Of a DNA stretch of 64,000 bases, positions 18,945 to 28,002 are shown piece by piece. A program made the translations under genes and the position numbers. This stretch comes from Candidatus Bathyarchaeia archaeon (GTDB taxonomy: Archaea > Thermoproteota > Bathyarchaeia > Bathyarchaeales > DTEX01). Every line of letters begins with the position of its first letter. Position 1 is the stretch's first letter. The DNA lies in the NCBI GenBank assembly GCA_038817885.1, contig JAWAZE010000001.1, positions 86,126 to 150,125 on the forward strand, in the 5' to 3' direction. A model generated the notes under the pieces. It had not been told where the DNA came from, ran no database searches, and worked only from the letters and a program-made list of their open reading frames with translations.

Positions 18945-20276
18945 ATGAGGGCTGAGGAGATCCCGCCATATATTGTCGATTTGGGGAAGAAATATGGAGC
19001 GACAGACGTGGCTGCGAAGCTTATTGAATCACAAAGAGTAATAATAAGATTCTCGAATAACGAGGTGACTGTGTCGAAGGTCTTCTATGAGACTACCATA
19101 GACGTCTTCCTTATGATTGAGAAACATAGGGCCGCAACGGCCCTCAGCACACTATCCATTAAAAATATAGATAGAAGCATCAGAAACCTTGTTAAAGTCG
19201 CTAAGATGATGACGCCAGCCGATATATACGCCCCGCTCCCAAAAGGCCCATTCGCATACGACCCTAAATTACTGAAGGCTCCTAAAATACCATTAGACCC
19301 GGAGATATTGTCTGGCCATGTTGAGAAGGCTATTAATGGCGCATTGGAGGGAGGGGCTAAGAGGGCCGCTGGGACATTGAGCGCCTTTAAGAGTGGAATA
19401 GTGCTCGCTACCTCGGGGGAAGTATATGCTTCACAGGAGAATGCGGGGCTAGAGCTATCTCTTAGAGCATTTGTTTCAGAGGTAGCAACGGGGCACTCCC
19501 TCTCGATTGCTGGAAGCCCAGAAGATTTTAATCCAGAAGAGGCTGGCAGAGCTGCTGGTGAAATAGCTAAGGCTGCTGATAACCCTGTGCCTGGTGAACC
19601 GGGAAAATATATGGTCCTACTTGGACCGATGGTCTTCGCCGACTTCATTAACCAGGTTGGTATACTCTCCTCGGCATTCTTGGTAGACGCTGGCCAATCG
19701 TTTCTAATAGAAAAGATTGGGGAGAAAATATTCTCTGAAAAGTTTACTTTGATTGATGATCCAACTATGGCTGGAAGTATTGGCGCAAAAGCTTTTGATG
19801 ATGAGGGCGTTCCAACAAGAAGGAAGGCTATAGTTGAGAAGGGTATTCTAAAGACCTACCTACATAATAGCACAACGGCCAAGAAGTTTGGTGTGGAGAC
19901 CACTGGTAATGCCGGGATAATAGTGCCTGTCCCCTGGAACCTCATAGTTGAGCCTGGCAATAAGTCCTTTGAAGAACTATTATCTGAAATCGATGACGGC
20001 ATATATCTTACGAACGACTGGTACCTCAGATATCAGAATTATAGGACTGGAGATTTCTCAACGCTCCCAAGGGACGGAATGTTTAGGGTAAAGCGTGGTG
20101 AGATAGTCTCCTCGATCAGAGAATTGAGGATAAGCGATAATATGCTTCGGGTCCTTCAGAACATAGTGGAGTTAGGCAGATCTAGAACATGGGTTAGATG
20201 GTGGGAGGTCGAGATACCATCTTTAGTTCCACACGCATTAATCAGCGAACTGAATTTCACAAAACCGCTAATATAA
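18945..20276 (+). CDS. tldE: TldE/PmbA protein
   Basis: FDDEGVP, TTGNA, TGDFS; no HExxxH; follows tldD. Confidence 0.9.
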   Translation: MRAEEIPPYIVDLGKKYGATDVAAKLIESQRVIIRFSNNEVTVSKVFYETTIDVFLMIEKHRAATALSTLSIKNIDRSIRNLVKVAKMMTPADIYAPLPKGPFAYDPKLLKAPKIPLDPEILSGHVEKAINGALEGGAKRAAGTLSAFKSGIVLATSGEVYASQENAGLELSLRAFVSEVATGHSLSIAGSPEDFNPEEAGRAAGEIAKAADNPVPGEPGKYMVLLGPMVFADFINQVGILSSAFLVDAGQSFLIEKIGEKIFSEKFTLIDDPTMAGSIGAKAFDDEGVPTRRKAIVEKGILKTYLHNSTTAKKFGVETTGNAGIIVPVPWNLIVEPGNKSFEELLSEIDDGIYLTNDWYLRYQNYRTGDFSTLPRDGMFRVKRGEIVSSIRELRISDNMLRVLQNIVELGRSRTWVRWWEVEIPSLVPHALISELNFTKPLI

Positions 20277-20345
20277 TGGATTTAGTATTTGGCATACGCT
20301 TAGATTTTAAAAATGAGATAAAAGGGAGACGATTTTGTCTCCAGA

Positions 20346-21473
20346 TCACACTTTCCAATCAATATTAATGTTATTGAATTTCCTGATGCAAACTCTGATC
20401 AAACAAGTTACTATTAACATGAGCCATAGTGGTGCTATAACAAAGTAAAAGACCGTAAACTCCAGGAAGTTAAAATGGAATTTAATTTTTCTGGCGATCA
20501 GATAAAATATTGCAGAGTATCCGGAAAAGCTGCCAAGAAGTAGTATAAGACTTTTCAATGCTGGGATTATCACAGACGTTAGGGCTGCCGGAAAGACCAG
20601 TAAGCTCGTTGTTGTTGAAGAAAATAGGAGTAACATGTACAACGCCTTAGTGAAAATTTCGTCTGGTATGAAGAGACTTGCCAGAAAGAGTGGGATGGAT
20701 GGAAAAGTCGTAAGTAAAGATGGCATTATAACTCTAGGATGCTTTCGAACAGCTCTTCTAAGAGTCTTAAAATGGTCTTTAATCCAGAAGGCTGCGCCAA
20801 TAGCCCACCGCTTTCTCTGATTAAACCATTCTCTCAAGGAAGATGGTGCCTTAGTGAGCACGAAAGGAGTATTTATAAATTTAAAACGCGCGCCATTAAC
20901 AAAAGACCTAGTAGCTATATCTAGATCTTCGCAGATCGTTCTTCTAAAGCCGCCTAAGGTCTCAAATGTCTCCCTTTTTATGGCAAAAGCCGCACCATTT
21001 ATGGCTAGACATCGCCCTATTTTTCGGGAAAAGTAGATATTGGTTAGTGCGAAACTTAAGTAATCATAACATACAATCTTAGCCACGAATGAGTCTTTAA
21101 TAACATCCTTCCTAACCTCAACTATTTCAGCATTCTCCATCTCCCTAACTATGCTCTCAAGAAAACCTTCCCCCATTGTATTATTTATTAATACATCAGC
21201 GTCCAAGAAGAGAAAAATGTCACCCCTTGATTCTTTAACAATCTCGTTTAGCGCATTAGCCTTACCTTTTCTCTCACCATTGAGTTTAAAGTGAACCCCC
21301 TTCTGAGAAAATTCTCTAGCCACATCTAAGCTTTTTTGGGTGGGCTCATCTATTACAACAAAAATCTCCTTTTTTCTATAGGGATCATTAAGAAGGGATG
21401 TTAACGTCTGCCTAAGGAGATCAGATTCCTTATAAACTGGAATAAAAATGCTGATCTTTCTAGCATTGCTCAT
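20346..21473 (-). CDS. Glycosyltransferase family 2, membrane-bound
   Basis: IPVYKE, GKANALN, FLDAD, CEDLD, QRKRW, C-terminal TM helices. Confidence 0.88.
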   Translation of the reverse strand: MSNARKISIFIPVYKESDLLRQTLTSLLNDPYRKKEIFVVIDEPTQKSLDVAREFSQKGVHFKLNGERKGKANALNEIVKESRGDIFLFLDADVLINNTMGEGFLESIVREMENAEIVEVRKDVIKDSFVAKIVCYDYLSFALTNIYFSRKIGRCLAINGAAFAIKRETFETLGGFRRTICEDLDIATRSFVNGARFKFINTPFVLTKAPSSLREWFNQRKRWAIGAAFWIKDHFKTLRRAVRKHPRVIMPSLLTTFPSIPLFLASLFIPDEIFTKALYMLLLFSSTTTSLLVFPAALTSVIIPALKSLILLLGSFSGYSAIFYLIARKIKFHFNFLEFTVFYFVIAPLWLMLIVTCLIRVCIRKFNNINIDWKV

Positions 21474-21635
21474 ATTAATTTAATGTTATATTTGTGAAGG
21501 GTATTTCAAAATTTCGATTTCCCCGAATATTTTGAAGACGTATGCCGTTCTATCTAGTCACCAAAAAGGATTTAAACCGATTTATTCAAAAATGAGAAAT
21601 AAGATTTAAATTTGAGATAATTCATCTCTTAGCAT

Positions 21636-22148
21636 ATGGTTGAAAGCATTAGTAGACTTATATTCCCTCGTGTTGTGGCTCTCATAACCACCTGTGATAA
21701 GAGTGGAAGACCCAATGTCGCATCATTCTCCTTTCTAATGCCTGTTAGTTTTGAGCCAAAATATTTAGCCTTCTCGGTGGCGCCTGAAAGGCATACCTTT
21801 AAGAATCTTAATGAAGTTAAAGAGTTCGTTGTAAATATTCCAAGTGAAAGAATGCTTAAGGAGATATGGTTATGTGGCACGAAGTCGGGCAGAGATTTCG
21901 ACAAATTCGCCCTTGCCGGGCTCGTAACTGAAAGAAGTTTAAGAGTTCGCCCACCCAGGATAAAGGGCTGCCCGGTTCATTTAGAATGCATCATGGAGTT
22001 CATGGAAAGGTTCGGCGACCATTATCTTATTGTTGGTAAAGTTGTCGAGGAGCATGTGAACCAAATAGACTTTAAGCCGATTCTTCACTATACTGGAAAG
22101 ATATTCTATATAGTTGGAGAAAAAGTGTCTGTAGAAACATCCCTTTGA
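21636..22148 (+). CDS. Flavin reductase-like protein
   Basis: PNVASFS, HTFKNL, FVVNIP, GDHYLIVGKV. Confidence 0.88.
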   Translation: MVESISRLIFPRVVALITTCDKSGRPNVASFSFLMPVSFEPKYLAFSVAPERHTFKNLNEVKEFVVNIPSERMLKEIWLCGTKSGRDFDKFALAGLVTERSLRVRPPRIKGCPVHLECIMEFMERFGDHYLIVGKVVEEHVNQIDFKPILHYTGKIFYIVGEKVSVETSL

Positions 22149-22163
22149 AAAGGGTTATTGTTG

Positions 22164-23162
22164 CTAGGAACCTCTATCGCCGAAGAGAGAATCTCTATAA
22201 ATTTGGGAGCAGCAAACCTGCGAGAACTTCACCTTTAAACCTAAATCTCTTGCCCTCTCTATTGCTTCCAGACTTGGGAAAGCTATCGCGTTAACGCCAG
22301 CCTCAACCGCCAATAAATCTGTCCTGACTCTATGCAGCCCTTTAGGTCTTGCGCAGCCAAGGGCTATTGGAACCTTCGGCATTAAAGACCTAGCTTTTAA
22401 GAGAACCTCTATCGCAGTTTCTGGGGGAGGCGGCTTAATCGACTCCATTTTTGTACCTCTGATCGGGAAGAAGATTATGAGTATTAGGGCTGATGGACCA
22501 AATTTTGAGATCATCTTTAATGCTTCAATCTCGCCCCTTATGCTACCGTAATGTAAACCTATAAGGACATGCGGCGTAAATGGTATTCCAGCGCTCTTTA
22601 ATGCCTCAAGCGTCTCAGCATATTTTTCCACACCGCAATTAAGGTGATAAATTTCCTTTATTGTTTCATCAGAGCCTATTATGTCAACTGAAACTGCATC
22701 AACGCCGGACTCCTTAAGCCTTTCAGCGATCTTAAAATTTATCAGACCAGTATGCACAACAATTGTTAACCCAAATCTCTTTTTAACTTCAGATATTGCA
22801 TCTATAAATCTCTCTATCGGCACAGAACCATTTGGTAAACAGCCTCCACTTATTAGGCAGCCAACTGCGCCACGGCTCTTTAGATGTGAGCAAACATCTA
22901 TTAGCTTGCTTGGCGTTGTGGCCGGAATCATTGTTTTAAGGATCACACCACCACAATGATCACATTTCAGGGAGCAGGAAGAGCCAGTGATTGATATTGA
23001 TGGGAAAATTGTTGGCGAAGACTTAAAGTACTTGTTATAGTAATACGTAAACCCAGGCACATAAAAATATATTAATTTTCCAAACGTTTGCCAGCCTAAT
23101 TCCCTTGACCTAAGAATCTCATCTTTTAAACCGATTATCTCCTTACCGGTGGACTTTTCCAT
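22164..23162 (-). CDS. lipS1: Radical SAM protein, archaeal lipoyl synthase subunit LipS1-like
   Basis: CSLKCDHC, LGCARP (GC[M/A]R) and C-terminal CC, the motifs described for Thermococcus LipS1. Confidence 0.78.
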   Translation of the reverse strand: MEKSTGKEIIGLKDEILRSRELGWQTFGKLIYFYVPGFTYYYNKYFKSSPTIFPSISITGSSCSLKCDHCGGVILKTMIPATTPSKLIDVCSHLKSRGAVGCLISGGCLPNGSVPIERFIDAISEVKKRFGLTIVVHTGLINFKIAERLKESGVDAVSVDIIGSDETIKEIYHLNCGVEKYAETLEALKSAGIPFTPHVLIGLHYGSIRGEIEALKMISKFGPSALILIIFFPIRGTKMESIKPPPPETAIEVLLKARSLMPKVPIALGCARPKGLHRVRTDLLAVEAGVNAIAFPSLEAIERARDLGLKVKFSQVCCSQIYRDSLFGDRGS

Positions 23163-23197
23163 GTAAAATTAAATATATTCTTAAACATTATAAATGT

Positions 23198-23719
23198 TTG
23201 GGGTTGAGTATGAGCGCTGCTGAAAGAGCCTATAATTTAGCATTTAAATATGAAGCCGAGTATGGAAGCTGCCCTCAAGCGGTCTTAAGAGCAATATATG
23301 AAGTCTTTAATCTTAAGGGTACAGAGATAGTGATTAAGTCGGCACATGCCTTAGCCGGAGGTTTAGGGTTAAGCGGAAATGGAACATGCGGAGCCCTTTC
23401 TGGAGGGGTCCTAGCGCTCGGAATATTCTTCGGCAGAAGGTTGGAAGATATGGATAAAGGAAGATTCATGAAATCCCATATTAAGGCAAAGGAGCTTTAC
23501 GACAAATTCGTTAGGGAGTTCGGCAGCTGTATTTGTAAGGATGTTCAGACAAAAATTTTTGGGAGGTCATTTAACCTTTGGGATCCGGACGATTATAAGA
23601 AATTTGAGGAGATGGGTGGGCATAGGGATAAGTGTACAGATGTTGTTGGTAAGGTAGCGAAATGGACTGTTGAAATGCTACTAGAGGATAAGAGTATAAA
23701 AGAGCAAATAAGAGGTTAA
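23198..23719 (+). CDS. C_GCAxxG_C_C family putative redox protein
   Basis: SCPQAV, GTCGALSGG, SCIC, KC motifs. Confidence 0.85.
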   Translation: MGLSMSAAERAYNLAFKYEAEYGSCPQAVLRAIYEVFNLKGTEIVIKSAHALAGGLGLSGNGTCGALSGGVLALGIFFGRRLEDMDKGRFMKSHIKAKELYDKFVREFGSCICKDVQTKIFGRSFNLWDPDDYKKFEEMGGHRDKCTDVVGKVAKWTVEMLLEDKSIKEQIRG

Positions 23720-23742
23720 AACGATAAGGAAATTTATCGCCC

Positions 23743-24735
23743 TTAATGCTTAGAAATTTCAGATATTAGTGCCGCCACCATTAGTGGGAGTATTAATGTT
23801 GCGTCCCCCTCAATAGTTACATGTTTTGCGGTCTCCCTAACCTTCCCCCAAGAGATAGCCTCCTGAACTCTCGCCCCTGAGAGACTGCCATCCCACTCAA
23901 CGGCAGTAGTTATATAAACTGCATAGTCTAATCCGCCTTTAAACTGGTTCCACCATATAACGTGGTGCTTAGAGATCCCCCCGCCAATTATCAGCGCCCC
24001 CGTACGTTTAGCATTGAATATTATGTCATTGATCTCCTGCTCATCCTTAATAACATCTATTTTTATCTTATGATCCTGAGAGAATAACCATGTTTGATAG
24101 CCAACTGCCCCATCCATAATTCCTGGTACATAAACCGGTATATTATTTTTCGCCGCCCAGTAGAGTATCGAATCCTCCTTACATATTCTTGAGCCTATTG
24201 CCCAACAAAGTTCTCTTGTTGAGATCTCCCTAATACCGCTGTTCCATAAATCTGTTAGAAGCACATGTATCTTTTCTTCGATTATTGTGCCATAGCTTTC
24301 GTTTGGTATTAATATGTTTCCAAGCCTATTTATTCCCATCCTATGGAGCTTCACGTCATTCATATCAAATGATCCACGATAATAGTTCCTCCAGCTCCTT
24401 GCTAGGTCATGGTCGAGTGTTCCACAAGTCGTTACTATCACATCTACTAAGCGGCGCTTAATCATCTCGACGAGAACACCTCTTGTTCCAGTAGCTACAA
24501 TGCACGCTGGAAAAGATAGAAATTTCAGACATTCGCTGTCAGAAATCATCTCTCTCAGTACATCTATTCCAGATACAATTTTTCCAGGCGTGAAGCCCCA
24601 TGCTGAACGCATCTGCTCAATAAGATCGCTTACACTCATGCCTCCATAAAGCTTGTAATCTTTAACAACGCTCTTTTCATCTAACATAAACTTACTCCTC
24701 TGAATTACCGCTACCGTATACTCACTTCTGCTCAA
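23743..24735 (-). CDS. dys: Deoxyhypusine synthase
   Basis: TTCGTLDHD, NRLGN, GGGISKHH, DGSLSGA, EAISWGK. Confidence 0.95.
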   Translation of the reverse strand: MSRSEYTVAVIQRSKFMLDEKSVVKDYKLYGGMSVSDLIEQMRSAWGFTPGKIVSGIDVLREMISDSECLKFLSFPACIVATGTRGVLVEMIKRRLVDVIVTTCGTLDHDLARSWRNYYRGSFDMNDVKLHRMGINRLGNILIPNESYGTIIEEKIHVLLTDLWNSGIREISTRELCWAIGSRICKEDSILYWAAKNNIPVYVPGIMDGAVGYQTWLFSQDHKIKIDVIKDEQEINDIIFNAKRTGALIIGGGISKHHVIWWNQFKGGLDYAVYITTAVEWDGSLSGARVQEAISWGKVRETAKHVTIEGDATLILPLMVAALISEISKH

Positions 24736-25591
24736 GCCCGATCAAAAAGTTTAATACACACCGCGGCATGTCCCTTCCATATCCGCCTTCAAGGACGGCA
24801 AATGTCTTTCGATTAAGCCCAGCGATCGCCCGCCCTATCCTAATATATACTTCCATGCTCAGGCCAAGAGAACAGACCGGATCGTACTTGTAAGTATCAA
24901 ATCCAGCTGAAACAGCTATTAGATCTGGGTCAAACTTCTCGACTTCCTCTAGGGCTTTACCCAGAACCCTCATGTACTCATCATCACCGACAGCATAAAT
25001 AAACGGATAGTTTAGGCAGTTTTCAATAGATTTTGCCCCAGTTCCCGGGTATACCCCGCCAAACCTATGAAGAGAAACAAAGAGAACGCGCGGCTCACCG
25101 AGGAATATTTCTTGGGTTCCGTTGCCGTGATGGCAGTCTATATCTATTATTGCAACCTTATTCACTCTTTGAAGAGCCTTCTTACATGCAATCGCAATAT
25201 TATTAAAGTAGCAGAATCCAAGTGTCGGCGCGTTAAGAGCCTTTCCATCCACGCCAGCATGGTGTCCCGGCGGTCTCATCAGAGAGAAGGCTAAATCTCC
25301 GCTTAGGGCTATCTCCATACTCTTTATCGCCGAACCTGCGGCAAGCCTAGCATACTCATATATTCCCGGGAGCGCTGGGGTATCCGGGTCAAAGAACGAT
25401 TCGCTTTTTATACTCTCAACATAGTTCTTACTATGAACTAGAAGTAAATCTTCTTCGCCGCATGGTTCCGGCTGAACGAACTTATAATTCCTCTCCACAA
25501 GCAGCTTATATGTTTGATACACTCTATCCGGCGACTCCGGATGACCAGGACTCCAATACTCAAGACACTTCTCTGAGAAGAGAATGTACAT
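24722..25591 (-). CDS. Histone deacetylase family protein (Zn-dependent deacylase)
   Basis: HPESPDR, RPPGHHA, GFCYFNN, DIDCHHGNGTQ, SAGFD, LEGGY. Confidence 0.93.
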   Translation of the reverse strand: MYILFSEKCLEYWSPGHPESPDRVYQTYKLLVERNYKFVQPEPCGEEDLLLVHSKNYVESIKSESFFDPDTPALPGIYEYARLAAGSAIKSMEIALSGDLAFSLMRPPGHHAGVDGKALNAPTLGFCYFNNIAIACKKALQRVNKVAIIDIDCHHGNGTQEIFLGEPRVLFVSLHRFGGVYPGTGAKSIENCLNYPFIYAVGDDEYMRVLGKALEEVEKFDPDLIAVSAGFDTYKYDPVCSLGLSMEVYIRIGRAIAGLNRKTFAVLEGGYGRDMPRCVLNFLIGLEQK

Positions 25592-25664
25592 TTTATTTAT
25601 ACCTCCTTTAGATAAATGTCTTAAGTTTCATATGAATATTATTGCATAAGGCAGGTTTAAAGTC

Positions 25665-26669
25665 ATGGACTCAAGCAGGAGAGTTGAGAGGGTTAGGGTA
25701 TCTTTGGGAACTGCCATAGTGCTTGGCTTAAGCGAAGGAGTTATTGACGCTGAGCCTACAACAGCATATCTTCTCACATACTTTGAGGGACGCTGTACGG
25801 CAAATTGCGCCTTCTGCCCGCAGGCAAGGGGGAGCAGCTCTAGGACGGATATGCTTTCAAGAGTTATATGGCCGGATTTTAGAGTTGAGGACGTTGTTGC
25901 TGGAATTAAAAGAGCCTTTAAACAGGGAAAGATAATGAGGGTATGTATTCAGGCGCTAAATTATCCTGACGTTCATAGGGATATATTGCTGTTAGTTAGG
26001 GAGATCCGCGATAAATGTAATGTTCCGATATCCGTTTCATGTCAACCTTTAAGCTCAGTGGAGATCAGCGCGCTTGCCGAAGCTGGCGTTGAAAGGGTGA
26101 GCATAGCATTAGATGCCGCCACAGAAGAAATATTCTCTATTGTTAAGGGGGAGAATGTCGGGGGACCCTACCGCTGGAATCAGCACTTCGACGCTCTAAG
26201 AGCTGCCCTTAAGATTATTGGAAGAGGTAGAGTTACAACACATTTAATAGTTGGCTTGGGGGAGAGCGAGGAAGAGTTTATACACATGCTTCAGAGGAGC
26301 CATGACATGGGAATCTTTCCAGCAGTCTTCGCCTTTACACCCATACCTGGAACAAGAATGTCAAGCCACCCGAGACCACCAATAGATTCGTATAGAAGGA
26401 TTCAGGTGGCCCATTATCTAATAACCCGCGGATTAGGGCGCTACGAGAACATGAGGTTTAAGGATGGGCGGCTTATAGATTTCGGAATCCCTAAAAACGA
26501 TATCAAAAGAATAATTCTTTCTGGAGAACCCTTCTTGACATCTGGCTGCCCTGGCTGTAACAGGCCATATTATAATGAGGAGCCACGCGGTCCCCTCTAC
26601 AACTTCCCGAGGAAGCCGACGCGGAAGGATATTGAAATGATCCAGATGGAAATGAACATGGAGCTTTGA
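25665..26669 (+). CDS. lipS2: Radical SAM protein, archaeal lipoyl synthase subunit LipS2-like
   Basis: CTANCAFC and TSGCPGCNRP (TxGCPxC[N/D]RP motif of LipS2). Confidence 0.8.
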   Translation: MDSSRRVERVRVSLGTAIVLGLSEGVIDAEPTTAYLLTYFEGRCTANCAFCPQARGSSSRTDMLSRVIWPDFRVEDVVAGIKRAFKQGKIMRVCIQALNYPDVHRDILLLVREIRDKCNVPISVSCQPLSSVEISALAEAGVERVSIALDAATEEIFSIVKGENVGGPYRWNQHFDALRAALKIIGRGRVTTHLIVGLGESEEEFIHMLQRSHDMGIFPAVFAFTPIPGTRMSSHPRPPIDSYRRIQVAHYLITRGLGRYENMRFKDGRLIDFGIPKNDIKRIILSGEPFLTSGCPGCNRPYYNEEPRGPLYNFPRKPTRKDIEMIQMEMNMEL

Positions 26670-26857
26670 TCAAAGCAGGTCTCATTGTACTCATATCAGG
26701 TTAGACGGCCATGAAAATGAACCTAATGCCGGAGGCGACAGCCACCCCAGGTATACCTTTCTTGGCTGAGAGAAAAAGTGTATTTTGACAGGATTTGGCC
26801 GTAATCTCTAAGTAAAGGTTCTTCTTATCTCTGTGTTTGTGGAGAGGTGAAACCCCC

Positions 26858-27766
26858 TTGAAGATATTCATTGATTCAGCTGACTTAGATGAAATAAGAC
26901 AGGCTTGTGAGTGGGGCGTTATAGACGGGGCTACTACGAATCCATCACTGATCAAAAAGGCTGTTGAGAAGAGAGGTGGGAGAATCAATATGGAGGATTA
27001 CATAAAGGAAATTCTTAGGACTGTTCCCGGACCAGTCAGTTTAGAAGTTATTGCCGTGAGGGCTGAGGAAATGGTTGCGCAGGCTAGAATATTATACAAG
27101 AAGTTTAGCCCCTATGGCGAAGTTGCCATTAAGATACCCGTTAATCCAAGCCTAAGTGATGATGACGGCCTAGATTTTGATGGATTGAAAGCTATAAGGA
27201 AGTTAAGTAAAGATGGAATACCTGTAAACTGCACGCTTGTCATGACCCCTGAGCAAGCAATTCTTGCAGCTAAGGCGGGAGCAACATATGTAAGCCCCTT
27301 TGCAGGCCGAATAGATGACTATATACGGGCGAAAATGGGCATGAAGATCAACATCGACTACAAAAAAGAAGACTACTTTGATTATAGCTTGCTCAATAAA
27401 ATATGGGATTTAAAGTTTAATGAGCAGGTATCTGAATACCGTTCTATAGTTGATGCATATAAAAGTCGAGATGTGAAGGTACTCAGCCACATGATTCATG
27501 ATAACGGAATCATTAGCGGCGTTGATCTTGTCGCAAAAATAGTCAAAATCTTTAAAATATATGGGTTTAAAGCGCAGGTTATCGCCTCAAGCATTAGGAA
27601 TGCTAGGCAGGTTAGGGAGGCTGCTGAGGCTGGTGCCGACATAATTACAATGCCCTTTGAAGTTATAAGGGAGATGGCTAGGCATCCAAAGACCTTTGAG
27701 GGAATGAGAGACTTTATGGCAGATGTAATACCACAATACAGGGAGATTTTTGAGCACAATGAATGA
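26858..27766 (+). CDS. tal: Transaldolase (TalC/FSA-like family) with insertion
   Basis: IFIDSA, TTNPSL, SLEV, Schiff-base AIKIP, YVSPFAGRIDD, ASSIRN; TTG start after GAGGTG. Confidence 0.85.
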   Translation: MKIFIDSADLDEIRQACEWGVIDGATTNPSLIKKAVEKRGGRINMEDYIKEILRTVPGPVSLEVIAVRAEEMVAQARILYKKFSPYGEVAIKIPVNPSLSDDDGLDFDGLKAIRKLSKDGIPVNCTLVMTPEQAILAAKAGATYVSPFAGRIDDYIRAKMGMKINIDYKKEDYFDYSLLNKIWDLKFNEQVSEYRSIVDAYKSRDVKVLSHMIHDNGIISGVDLVAKIVKIFKIYGFKAQVIASSIRNARQVREAAEAGADIITMPFEVIREMARHPKTFEGMRDFMADVIPQYREIFEHNE

Positions 27767-28002
27767 TCGGCTGAAGGACAAAAAGATAGCCTATTTTTAG
27801 GAAAGCAAATTCTCATAAGGTCTCCAAAATCTCCTCCTAATGGTTCCCTAACCTTTTTCTTCCGCCAAAGTTTTATCCATTGATTTAGATAAAAAGATTG
27901 TCTAAAAATTTGGCGAAAAATTTTGTTCGCCAAACAGTCTTGTAGTTTTTGGCCAGAAAAATTGTCCTTTATTAAAGAAATGGATACAAAAGCATCAACG
28001 AT

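Noticed and set aside
26701-26988. 95-aa minus-strand ORF before the transaldolase
   Set aside because: Mostly antisense to tal; no motifs.
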